From Lingula anatina (Eukaryota; Animalia; Brachiopoda), in NCBI GenBank assembly GCA_051362555.1, contig CM120645.1, positions 3,720,001-3,784,000 of the forward strand: a DNA stretch of 64,000 nucleotides. Reading direction: 5' to 3'. Shown here piece after piece: positions 24,689 to 36,056 of this stretch (its first letter is position 1; each line of letters opens with the position of its first letter). A model generated the notes under the pieces. The model was given only the letters and a program-made list of their open reading frames with translations, was not told the origin of the DNA and made no database searches. The translations under genes and the position numbers were made by a program.

Positions 24689-24920
24689 TCACAGCACTGA
24701 CGCCTCTGGCTGTATCAGATGACCATGGTCCAGTAACACAGAGTCCTCCCCCAAAATGGAGCACAACTCCTGTAGCCTCTGCTGCATCTTAGGTATACCT
24801 GCCAGCTGAGCCTCCAGTCCCTGCTTCTCCTCATTGAGAGACAGGCGTGTGGCAGTGTCCAGCTCCTCTAATCTCCAGCCTACCTCACCGTCAAACTGGA
24901 GCAAATGAGTGTGGAACTTC
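24689..24920 (-). pseudogene. ABCD2: ABCD1/2-like terminal exon 10 (open frame, orphan)
   Basis: ttttccag|[64 protein letters not shown]...*. Confidence 0.85.
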
Positions 24921-27871
24921 CTGGAAAATTGATAAATATTCAGTATGCTGCAGAGTTTACTAAGTGAAGATCTTTGGAAGTAATTGTGAATTGCAGAAAA
25001 ATGTGATTACTGAATACAAAATGAGTTTTGGAAGTATGGAAATAATTTAAGAAAGAAAAAAAATTGGGGACATTATGAAGTACAGTCAAGTATCTGTGAA
25101 CCAAGTACCAGACTCATTTTCAGTAGAGACATAAAAATCTGAGAGTAATGTAGAACATTTCCATTGCTCTTAAACCTGTTCTCTGTCCTAGCTTTACTCT
25201 TTCTAATGTCTTATGATACCTCTTTTCAGCAGTGACCAATTATTTTGACTCTAGTAAGTTAATCATGACCCCAGAACTATGTCACTTCAATGTACAAATT
25301 GATATTACTTCAATAACAGTAAGACAGTGTCATGCAGGGTCTTGTGACATATTTAATCTACCTCCTCCCTGTGTACACACACCAGTAGAGGTGAACTGGG
25401 AGAGATAGGGAGACCAAACTTTAAATAAATATCTCGCCAGAACGATACTTACAAGAGACTTCACATTTTAATGTTACAACATTTTCTCCAACCAAAAGCA
25501 AAGATTTTTTTCATAATAAAATCTCAATAGCAAATTATATTTTACATCAGGCTCACTGCTTTGAGGACAAGGCACTTTATATTATTATCTCTAGTGACAT
25601 ACCGGAAGGCAAAATCAACATCACATGATGTTATTTGCTGAGGCCATCTTTTTTTCTGCATTTTTAAGTGTGGCCAGAAGTTTGAGATGGCTATAAAATT
25701 CTATCATACTACCTGAGGTTGTTGACAGCTTGGACTGAGCAAGAACTTGTATTTCAAAGTAAGTCCATCTTGATGATAGATATTTCAAATTATTATAAAT
25801 ATTTAAATGGATAAACACCTAAATTGGGGATCTTTTTCTTTCATATCCATAAATGGGCATTTCTATTTAGTTGATTAAATTTGATAATATCAAAATAAGT
25901 TTTTTTTTTTAATTTGCTATTACCCTATGAGAAATTTTTGGGAGTATCTTCATTCTTTTTAATTGATAAAATTTTGCATAAAATCTAGACGCCTGGCTTG
26001 AGACAAAAATGTTCATTATATCACTTAATATTTTCATCCACTACAGTTACAGTGCAGGGCCAACTGAACCAGAAGTTTATAGAGCCACCTTCTGAGTATG
26101 TACCAGCAGCAGGTTTTGTGAGTCACCTTACAGCAGAGTAACTGTAACTTGTAAACAGGTAAGGTGGAAAGATTTGTAGGAAAATATTATATAATACTTT
26201 AAGTTATTCCATCTACAGCAGTAACAGAATACCATCAGCTCCACCAGTTGTTCATATAATGGTAGAGGCACCTTCTTAAAATTCCCATGGCCCTGCATCT
26301 TACATTTCTGTTAATTGTATTTATTTATTTTTTTTATCTCACATGCCAAGAGGTACATGGGACTTCACTGAAACATCTTTCATTAATTGTAAATAATTAT
26401 TAACCCTGGTTGTAATTTAATGCAATTTTACTTCTTTATTTCTATGGATTGAGTGTGTTTGCCATTCAATGTCAATTAAATGGATCTTGTTTATTTACAG
26501 GCAGTTGGTTTGAGGATGTTTTGTGTTATTTTGTGTATAATTTCATGTTAAAACATCCTATAGGTGACTTGAAGCATTACACAATTATCTGCTTAAAAAC
26601 ATTCAAACTGGTCATGAGCTAGCTAGTAGGACAGCTGAAGTGGACCCTATTGAAGCAGCTAACCAATAAACTGATATCTATACTTGTTCAAACTTGTCCT
26701 ATTTTATCATGCTTGATTTTCTATTTCTATGTTTTCTTCTGCTGGTCCTTTTTACTAATGGCTTTCAACAGTACAAATGTGTTTTTTTTCCAGAGAGCAT
26801 AATATTCTTCCTGTACCCTTGTCCAGATGCCTATCATACCATCCAAAACTAAAAACCTTAAGTCAGAAGGTATATAATGTTATTTATACTGAAACTTTTT
26901 TATCTTGACTACAAGATAACTGTAATGACATGAATCAATTTGAATCAACTGTTTAAACTCCTTTCAATTTACTCAATGTTATAATTTACTTCTAAACCTT
27001 CTTAGGACTTCAAAACTTCTATTTATGCTGAATACTTTTATGCCACAAATCAATTTTAACCAACTCTTTAAACAAAAAATACTTTCAAGTAATAAACTCA
27101 AAAATTCATTAGCTCTTCATGAATTACTTAGTTTTTATACCATTACAGTAATAAAACAATGTTTGAATAGTTTTGTGCAAGATAGACACCTGCTTTTTCT
27201 GTTGATTTTTGCTTGCCAGTAAAAACACTGAACATATTTTTTATTCTTAATGTTTTTTTTTTTTTTTTTTTTTCAGAAAACCTGTACTCTTGTCTATATC
27301 CACATTACATCCCATGAGGTAATAAAATTTACTGCCTTATACACAAATATCTAACTTTCACATTATGCAAAGTGGTTAAAATGCACCAAAGAAATATATG
27401 TTCACAACTTGTGCCAAATGAAGAGTACTTCTGTCACCAAAACATTTCTCTACATTTAAGGTATTTACAATATATTTCCAGCTTGTCACTGTCTACAGTA
27501 ACAGTCATACTATACAGTCATACTATACAGGGGAAATAATTAAATGTAATTATTGACAACAAATCCCACATATCAAACCACTGAGTATAGCTTTTTAAAC
27601 AAAAGAAGTACCTGCCACTTTTCTACCAATTCATCATTTTGTAATTTCAGATTACAAGAGGATTCAAGGACCAAAAATATGGTTTTAGGACTAAGTTGAT
27701 AATTTTCTTTAGTTACCTTTCTTATTTAAGCAAATTGTCTGTTACCAGGGGAAAAACTGCTAAAATTGGTGACAAACACATAATTACCAACTCAATCCTT
27801 CAAATATTATAACCTATGAACATAAGCATATAGAGCCGTGACACTTCTTCCTACTAATCCATTCCTGAGAC

Positions 27872-30800
27872 ATGGCTTACAGACAAGTAACAGCAGGTAC
27901 AGAGATACTTGATCTCTTACATGGGCTACAGTTGTCTCCACAGTCCAAGACACCAGACACTGTGCTGAAATGGACTCGGCTTGATATATACTGTGCTGGT
28001 ATAGACAACCTACCAGAGCCCATTGACAGGTGTAGAAATGTTAAGAAGATATCTGCAAGGAAGAACAGGTTATCTTCTTTACCACAGTCCATATCCAACC
28101 TGCAACACATCAAAACATTGATCCTATCAAGCAATGCCTTCACTACATTCCCCATAGCACTGTGTGCCTTGGCTAAACTCAAGGTGCTGGACCTGGGTGA
28201 CAACCAGCTATCTGACATACCAGTGGATATCACCAGGTTGAAGGTGCTCAGAATATTTCGGCTCAAAAACAATGCCTTCACTACATTCCCCATAGCACTG
28301 TGTGGCTTGAATAACCTAAAGGAGCTTTACCTAGGTGGTAACCAGATATCTGACATACCAGTAGATATCACCAGGGTGAAGAGCCTTAGAATATTCCAGC
28401 TCCGTAACAATACCTTTGCTACATTCCCCATAGCACTGTGTGGCTTGACTAACCTAGAGAAGCTGAACCTGTCACACAACAAGCTATCTGACATACCAGT
28501 GGATATCAGCAGGTTGAAGGTGCTCAGAATATTCTACCTCTCTAACAATGCCTTCACTACATTCCCCATAGCACTGTGTGGCTTGACTGACCTAAAAGAG
28601 CTGTTCCTGTTAAACAACTGGATATCTGACATACCAGTGGATATCAGTAGGTTGAAAAAACTTGAGACACTTAACCTGTCAGGCAATAACATCACTCACC
28701 TACCACCTCAAATAAAGAATATGGAGAGTCTTAGACAACTAGATGTGGGAGGTAATCCTCTGGTACAACCGCCTAAAGATACTGCCAACAGGGGATTAGA
28801 TGCCATCAAGAGGTATTTTGAGGCATTAACTGACACCAAGGCAATCCAGTCAAGTAGAATACAGGTCAACTTACTTGGTGAAACAGAAGCAGGAAAAACT
28901 AGCATTTCACGTACATTGCAGCTTGGGCAGCCAACACTCACTAAGGTGGCAGACAGAACGAGAGTAGTAGAACAAGGAACATGGGAGACTGGCGAAGACA
29001 TTGGCTTCAATATCAATGACTTTGGTGGTCATGATGTCTACAAAATAGGACATCCCATTTTTATTTCCAAATGTGGCTTGGTATTCATCACTTTTGATCT
29101 GTCTAAATATAAGCCAGAAAACAAGGCTCATTACCAACTCTACATTGGGCACTGGATTGACAAGGTGCAGGCACAGATGCCAGGGATACAAATAGCTCTA
29201 ATTGGAACTCATGTTGATGAGGTAGAAATCCATCATGTAGAAAGCAAGTGTTTTGCAATAAAGAAGCAACATGAAAACCACATATACAAAAAGAAGCAGT
29301 GGTATCAAGTGCAAAAGGAGAAAATTGAGAAGAGAATGAGAGAAACGTCTAAAACCCAAGCATCTCTCCGCCAGGCCTACCAAAGCAAAGCAGTTAAAAT
29401 GCAGACCTTGTATGATAAAATGAAACCCATCCACAAGCACATTTTAAAAGTGAGTTCAAAAACCTGTGAAGGAGTTAAAGAGCTGAGAGACTACCTCATT
29501 TCTTTTGCCAGGACAAATGCTGAAGTTTTGCCAGGTATGTGGGTGGAAGCAGCCAAGAATATCTGTACCAAGAAAATTGAAGGCTCTGAAAACACACTTG
29601 GCTGGGAGATGATTGAAGACCTCATTCTGCAGAATGCTTCTACATCATGGAAAGAGAAGTCAAAGGAAGAAACAGAAAGAATGATATGTGACATCTTAAG
29701 TTTCCTTGCTCATCGTGGAGACATCATTTGGTTTGACAGATGTCCCACACTGATGAAAGTAGTTTTCCACAAGCAAGAGGTTCTAGTGAATGTTCTCAAG
29801 GCAGTCTTCAGTCATGATCAAGAGGCAGTATCTCAGAAGCTCCAGAAATCCATAAAGATTACTGAAACCAAAGCAAATACCATACATGAAGACATTTTCA
29901 TCAGAGGCATCATATCCAAAGAAGCTATGAGCTGCCTGTGTGAGCCTTTCAAATTGTCAAGCACTGAAGTTAATGTCATGATTGAAATGATGCAGAAACT
30001 GGAGCTGTGCTATCAAGTCCAGGAACATGAATCCCTCCCATACAATACCTCATTCCACTTTCCATGGCTCCTCACTGAAGAAAGGCAACCAGAGCTAGAC
30101 ACCAAATGGCCCAGCAAGGTTCCCCCAGATACCACTCAACTGACCCTGCAGGTTCTCTTTCCATACAAATGTCCAGATGGCCTCTATGAGAAAATTTCTG
30201 TTCGTCAGCACAAGCATCTTGGACTTATGAAGACCATGCGAATGGACTGGAAGGATGGGGTGTATGCAGAACTTGAGGGATGCAAAATGCAGCTGACACG
30301 AGGGCTACACCAGCCAAATTCTGATGCAGTCAGCCAAGTCCCAGACTGGGTTATCAGCGTTGCTGTCCGTGGATCACATCTCTCAGACATGTGGAGTGTT
30401 CTCAAACAAGGTAACAGAGACCTCATGAACATTATTAAAGAGGACTGGCCTGGACTGTCTTATGAGAAATATCTGGTGTGTCCTCACTGTGTGAGTGAGG
30501 AAATTGAGCACCCAACCCTTTTCCCTGGAGAGATACTTGACCTAACCCTTGGGGCGACCTCCAAACCAAGACAGGTGCCATGTATCAACACTGGTGTCTC
30601 CATTCCATCAGACTTGGTCTACCCACGAAGCTGGCAGGAGGGTAAGCTCAATACTATTCAGTGGTCCACTGCTTCTCCTTCTTATGTACAACTTTATTCT
30701 CAAAAATGTTGTAAAACTACCCTCACCTAAATATGACAGAGAAAAAGGTGGTTACAGTAAGAAGGATTTTATGATGTTTATTTTATTGGTGATCTCTCAC

Positions 30801-31208
30801 ATGTGCCTGTCTGTCAAAGAGTTCACTCAGATCTACTCATTGTATTAGCTGGCTTGGTCCAACCTTGCTAGGCATTCTTGCTAAAGTGCAATCAGTTGAA
30901 GCAACTTAATCAGCAAATGATTGTTAATTACCCCCTTGATGCTTAAGGAGGCGTGTTAGTCTATTAAGCTGATTCCACTGATTGCCCTTTAGTGAAAATA
31001 CCCATCAGAGTTGGACAAACCCAGGTAGTATGATGTGTGAATCTGAATGTAGTCAAAGGCCTTGTTTTAATTTAAGAAATTGAATAAGTAATCATCCACA
31101 AAAACTGTTATTAGTACATCAAGACAGGACTGAGTGAAATTTTTTACATTCTGTAATGTGTGGACAACATTATTTTCAGTTCTGGATGAAGTAAAACCAA
31201 AGCTTTGA
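27872..31208 (+). CDS. MFHAS1-like: ROCO protein copy 3: LRR(~12)-ROC-COR with truncated CARD; predicted join(27872..30641,31180..31208)
   Basis: 952-aa ORF; donor GAGG|GTAAG after 30641; the CARD exon has an in-frame TGA at 31206-31208. Confidence 0.85.
30825..31050. mobile_element. Old MITE-like inverted repeat in the COR-CARD intron
   Basis: ~85-bp imperfect arms (cattgtattagctggcttggtccaa...caatcagttgaagcaacttaat / attaagctgattccactgattg...gttggacaaacccaggtagtatgatg); also at 61012-61245. Confidence 0.6.
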
Positions 31209-31463
31209 CAAAATATCACAGTTCCTGGTCTCCTGGACGTGTTGAATCTTTTCCTCCAAGAAGGCATTATCACTGACCATGAATTTGAATGGGTGAAGCC
31301 AGAGCTCCCTCCACACCAAACCTCAGCTACCAGGGTGGTATGTCCAGAGGAAACTGCAGTATTCTTGGACATTCTCAAAACTAAAGGGAAAAGGGCATTT
31401 GATTTATTAAGGGAATGCTTCATTGCAAATGGACAAAGTGAGCTTGCTAACCTTCTTAAATAG
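31180..31463 (+). pseudogene. CARD exon type B with premature stop (TGT>TGA, 10th codon)
   Basis: AAG CTT TGA CAA versus AAG CT(T/A) TGT GAA in paralogs; the rest of the frame is open to 31463. Confidence 0.8.
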
Positions 31464-31698
31464 ACTAAGTGGCCAAGAGAACTGACTCTATGGACTCACT
31501 CAGACTACGTGCAGCAGTCATGTTATCTAGTTGGTACAAAATTTAATGCACTTTCAGTCAGCCCCTTATTACAACTCCGTCTACATGGGAAATCTTTCTG
31601 ACATGAAAAACAGTAATAAACTATCCTATCGTTTAAAGTGTGGTATAATTAAAGTAAAAGTATAGCCATATCTGTATATATACATGTAAATACACAGA

Positions 31699-31911
31699 GA
31701 CCCCATTTCCAGAGATTAGATGGATCTACTTTAGATTGACCTAACTCCCTGGGGGTTCACGCTAAATAGCTGTCAGCCGAGCAGACACGAAAGTTAATTA
31801 CCCCCTTACAGCTTGTAGTAGGTGGGATGGACATTTAATTATCTGACAGTAATCTAGTGAGACTCCCCGGCCACGGGGATAGATAGATCTAAAAGCTCTG
31901 GGAATACAGCC
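31699..31911. mobile_element. 213-bp MITE, PIF/Harbinger (Tourist)-like
   Basis: 3-bp TSD AGA/AGA, imperfect TIRs, absent from paralogs; a second copy lies inverted at 45573-45769 with TTA/TTA TSD. Confidence 0.75.
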
Positions 31912-32180
31912 AGACATAACCAAAGAACAGTTAAATTGATAATAGTACATTAATTTAAATGTTTTTTTTATTAGGATTTATTTTGATAAATTAGGATTGT
32001 TGATGTAAATAATCACCGAGTCAAATCATTACTATGTCAGCGGCAACATCATGTGGTAGCGTTAAATGGAATTTCATTGTATGAATAAATTACTTTTGAG
32101 AAAGTAAAATTTTGGGATTAATTATCTTTGTAGTCCACCCAACAAACCAAAATATTATGTGTAGAATAACAACATAACAT

Positions 32181-32397
32181 TATCATGAATGAAAATTATC
32201 AAGCACAAGGCGAAAAACTTTCACACCAATAGCTAATAGCCAACCTGGACATAGGCCTTAATTAGACTGATGTGAGCAGACTTTGACACTCACTGACCAC
32301 TGGGTGGTATATTGGCCAGGACCCTCTTCTAAATGTCAGGCTTGTGTTTGATAATTTTCATTTATGATCCAACTACCAAGAACATTTTTTGCTCATC
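32181..32397. mobile_element. Palindromic MITE-like insertion, family unassigned
   Basis: atcatgaatgaaaattatcaagcacaag ... cttgtgtttgataattttcatttatgat inverted arms; absent at the equivalent site near 4410. Confidence 0.65.
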
Positions 32398-32786
32398 AAC
32401 GTAATGGTTCACCTGCCATAGTACCATATATAGACTTTCAACCAAACCCAGTAGATCCTGGTAGAATATCCTTGCCATTTCCTCTGTTTCTCTCCTCCAG
32501 ATAACACATCCTTCCAGTCACTCTCAGATCCCCAGCCTGGAACACAACAACTCTTAAGGATAATGAATTAAAATTAATATATATATTTTTAAATTTTCAG
32601 ATACATTTTGAATATTTCGAACCCCCCCTGGCTACAAGCCTGACTATCCTTGATTCATGTTTACATTAAATTTTATTTAAATTAAATACACGCCAAGTCA
32701 CTGATGAAATGGTGTTAAATGACTTAAGTAATTTCATCATAATTTTACTTCATTTCAGTCAAGGTAGTTAAGTAAGCTGGTTGTAC

Positions 32787-32871
32787 CTGTGGTAGAATAT
32801 CCTGGCCATTCCTATCCTCTGTTTCTCTCCTCCAGATAACACATCCTTCCAGTCACTCTCAGCTCCCCAGC
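32787..32871 (-). pseudogene. ABCD2: ABCD1/2-like exon 8, intact 85-nt exon with both splice sites
   Basis: ttccag|[28 protein letters not shown]|gtacaa; a partial duplicate lies at ~32456-32540. Confidence 0.85.
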
Positions 32872-33354
32872 CTGGAACACAACAACTCTTAATGGATAAT
32901 GAATTAAAATTAATTTTTTTTTAAATTTTCAAAAATATTTTGAATATTTCAGACAAAGTATGATATAACTAGTCTTAATGAAATAAATTAATAATTAAAA
33001 GTGGTGTTAGATTACATATGATTTTTATTTGTGCATTTCATCCATGAACATATTTTTGAAATGAGAAATCCACTGGCCAAGAATGTCAAGAATATACATA
33101 TACTGTACATGTATAACTTTAGCAAAGCAGCAGGCATATAAGACTGGAATGTGACTTTTCTGTAGTAACTCCACACTCCCATGCCAATAAAACAAGATAG
33201 TTATTATAATTAAATGGAAACATATCAGATGATATGATTAATTAGGATTAAGATGTTACTCCTGTGATGAACATATATAATGTATATACATAGCTATAGG
33301 ACACAAGAAACTATATCTATCAAAAACTTTACATATTTTCTGCAGACATCTTAC

Positions 33355-33538
33355 CCCCTTCTCTCTGTATAAAATGTTGCAGGTTTACACATCTGAATAT
33401 ATCTTCGAGTGGTGGTTCGGGTGGTGGTTTATGTAGGCGACCGTTATACACAGGCCACAGACCACTTAGAATACAGAACAGGGAGCTCTTACCACAGCCA
33501 TTGGGGCCTGTTAACAATAGGTGCTTGTTGTGGTCCAT
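33355..33538 (-). pseudogene. ABCD2: ABCD1/2-like exon 6 (Walker A) fused by internal deletion to the end of exon 7
   Basis: [40 protein letters not shown] / [18 protein letters not shown]|gtaag; the Q-loop region (YIPQRPY...) is missing. Confidence 0.85.
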
Positions 33539-35824
33539 CTGGAAATATCATGCTGATTTTTGAAAGCAACAAGCCTCTTTACCAAACAAAGCCACTCAGT
33601 AACTTTAAAAGTAAAACAAAAATACAGTATGGCAGTTCTGGGGCTTCTTTCATATGTCGGACATTGACAGGATGGTGACAACACAGAGACCCATCAAAAT
33701 ATATACAGACACTTACAGTGTTTGTACATAAAAACCGCATTACAGTGTCTGTATATAAAAACAACAAACTTTTGAAAAAAGGCCCCAACCATGCTGATTT
33801 TCAAATTCTACCTTGATTTTATGAATAATCATCAGTTCCACGAGTTTGAAGACAAAAGGAAAAACGGTTTTTCACTTATTGTGTTATCACAGAAAGTGCA
33901 TGGTGATGGAGACAGCGATGACATGCAGATGCAGATGACGGCTATATGTACAGACACATCTGTTTGTGCATAAAAAGTGTTACTTTCCAAAGTATTTAAA
34001 AAAACAGTTCATTTAAAAAAAGAGGTGTGTGTGTGAACGTGTGTATTTTTTTTTTTTGTGTGTGTGTGTGTGTTAGTGTTGGAATGGGGGATGTAGAGCA
34101 TGCAAGGGAATCTCCCCTGCTGGCAATTATAGGTATATATATATCTCTGCAGGGACTCTTCATGACTGCAATCAGCTTAACTGTATGACATGCCTCCTCT
34201 TGGCAATAAGTAGAACACAAAAAAGTGGTAATTATACAATTAGTTGGAAACAAGAAGTGGCGTTCCCTGTTCAGGCTTAGCCAACTGCACTCAGCGAGAG
34301 TGCCCCCCTTCACTGTTGATTTTTATAGACCAGTTGTATCTTTGTGAATGGGGTCTTAGCAACAGTCTATTGTAAATCATTATTCTTATTCTGTGAAACA
34401 TATTCAAGACTGCCCTGACATTACAGTAAAATGTGTTAAAAAAGACAGTTTTCAATTTCAACCAATTTATTGTCCTTGTTTAAGGCTGTTAGACATGGTT
34501 TCCAGTTGGTGTGTGTGTCTTTTTAAGTTACCCATGTAAATGTCAAAATTCCTATTAAAGTATCACAACAGGAAAAAACTAATGACAGATAAATGTGCAA
34601 TGCTCAATATAATCCATTTTATGTAGTTAGTATACAGGTATGTTAATAAGCTAACTAATACTGATGGTACACTGAGACAATGGTAGGAGACTGATTATTC
34701 ATTGAGATCTAGGAAGAAATTACAACATAGGATCTGAACCACATTTCATTTATTTATTTTTTATGTGCATGTGTATAAGTATGCCTTCTGTGAACAAGAT
34801 GTTTTAAATGCCATCTAACATATACTCTGACTACAATGCTTTGTTATATATTATGATAATTCTGACTTTATTTCTGGAAACTTGTTCTAAAAAATGATTA
34901 TCAAATATTAAAGAATTAAACTTATTCCACAGATTAATTTTAATAATACTGGTGCTCTCTTTGAATGAACTAAGTAAAAATTGAAAATTATTTTGATAAA
35001 TATGATATCACATTTCTATCAAAAAGACAATTAAATATACATAAAAATCAACAGTTTCATGAGCATTAAGAATCTTTCAATAAATACAGTATATCATGAA
35101 AACTAGACAAAAAAAAGTGAAATGGCTTTATCTAAGAGGAGAACTTCTAGCTACTTAATTTTTAAAACACCTAATCAGAAAAGAAATTTCTAACCCATTT
35201 AAAAAGTTAACAGGTAAGGATATTTAAGATAAAAACTGACTTATTTCAGAATAAATATCTTGTTCAGGATTTGCCATTTCATATCAACTATTACTAGGAA
35301 ACTAAAGCATAACAGGACAAGAAGCAGAATATGCCACATTTTCTAATACCCTACAGCAGATTAATGATCTGGAAACTTATGGAGTTTACATCTGTGTAGA
35401 CTGGGTGGAACATCAAAAGGTATCACTTTTTTCATTTCTTATCAAAAAAGTGTCTACAATAGTATTCACATCCACAGATAACCTATCACTATAACATACA
35501 ATAAGTTATTTTTCAATAGTTGAGGTTGTAACCAGATTATAACCCAACACTAGGATAAATGTTTTGTTTTCATTGATTTTCGAACAACAATTTCACCACA
35601 AATACACTACAACATACAGTTTTTTAAAACTCCTCTGCATTCTATATTTGGACATCATTGGCACCTAATAATTACACAAAGATTAAATGTCTCTTCCTAT
35701 CATTATTTTAAACTTATATCATATCATGTGCCTACTGGTAAGGCTGCTGACCCCTTGGGTTGAATATACTGACCATAGTCAAGCTCAGACTTATAACGGT
35801 GCACAGCTAGCGAACAGTGTCCAA

Positions 35825-36056
35825 TCACAGCACTGACCCCTCTGGCTGTATCAGATGACCATGGTCCAGTAACACAGAGTCCTCCCCCAAAATGGAGCAC
35901 AGTTCCTGTAGCCTCTGCTGCATCTTAGGTATGCCTGCCAGCTGAGCCTCCAGTCCCTGTTTCTCCTCATTGAGAGACAGGCGCGTGGCTGTGTCCAGCT
36001 CCTCTAATCTCCAGCCTCCCTCACCATCAAACTGGAGCAAATGAGTGTGGAACTTC
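35825..36056 (-). pseudogene. ABCD2: ABCD1/2-like terminal exon 10 (best preserved copy)
   Basis: [63 protein letters not shown]...*, intact acceptor. Confidence 0.85.

Larger units (their letters stand above)
19270..25819. repeat. ~6.5-kb near-identical segmental duplicate of 48550-55067
   Basis: Line-by-line identity apart from scattered SNPs, one ~17-nt indel and poly-A length; the ORF track repeats with an offset of ~29.26 kb. Confidence 0.9.

Noticed and set aside
31206-31208. TGA aligned with Cys as possible selenocysteine
   Set aside because: Single-base change in one paralog, no SECIS recognised by eye and no redox motif. A SECIS search of the 3'UTR would be needed to revive the idea.
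24689-33538. A functional ABCD gene within the window
   Set aside because: No transmembrane-domain exons, exon 6/7 is internally deleted and exon 9 is missing in this unit.
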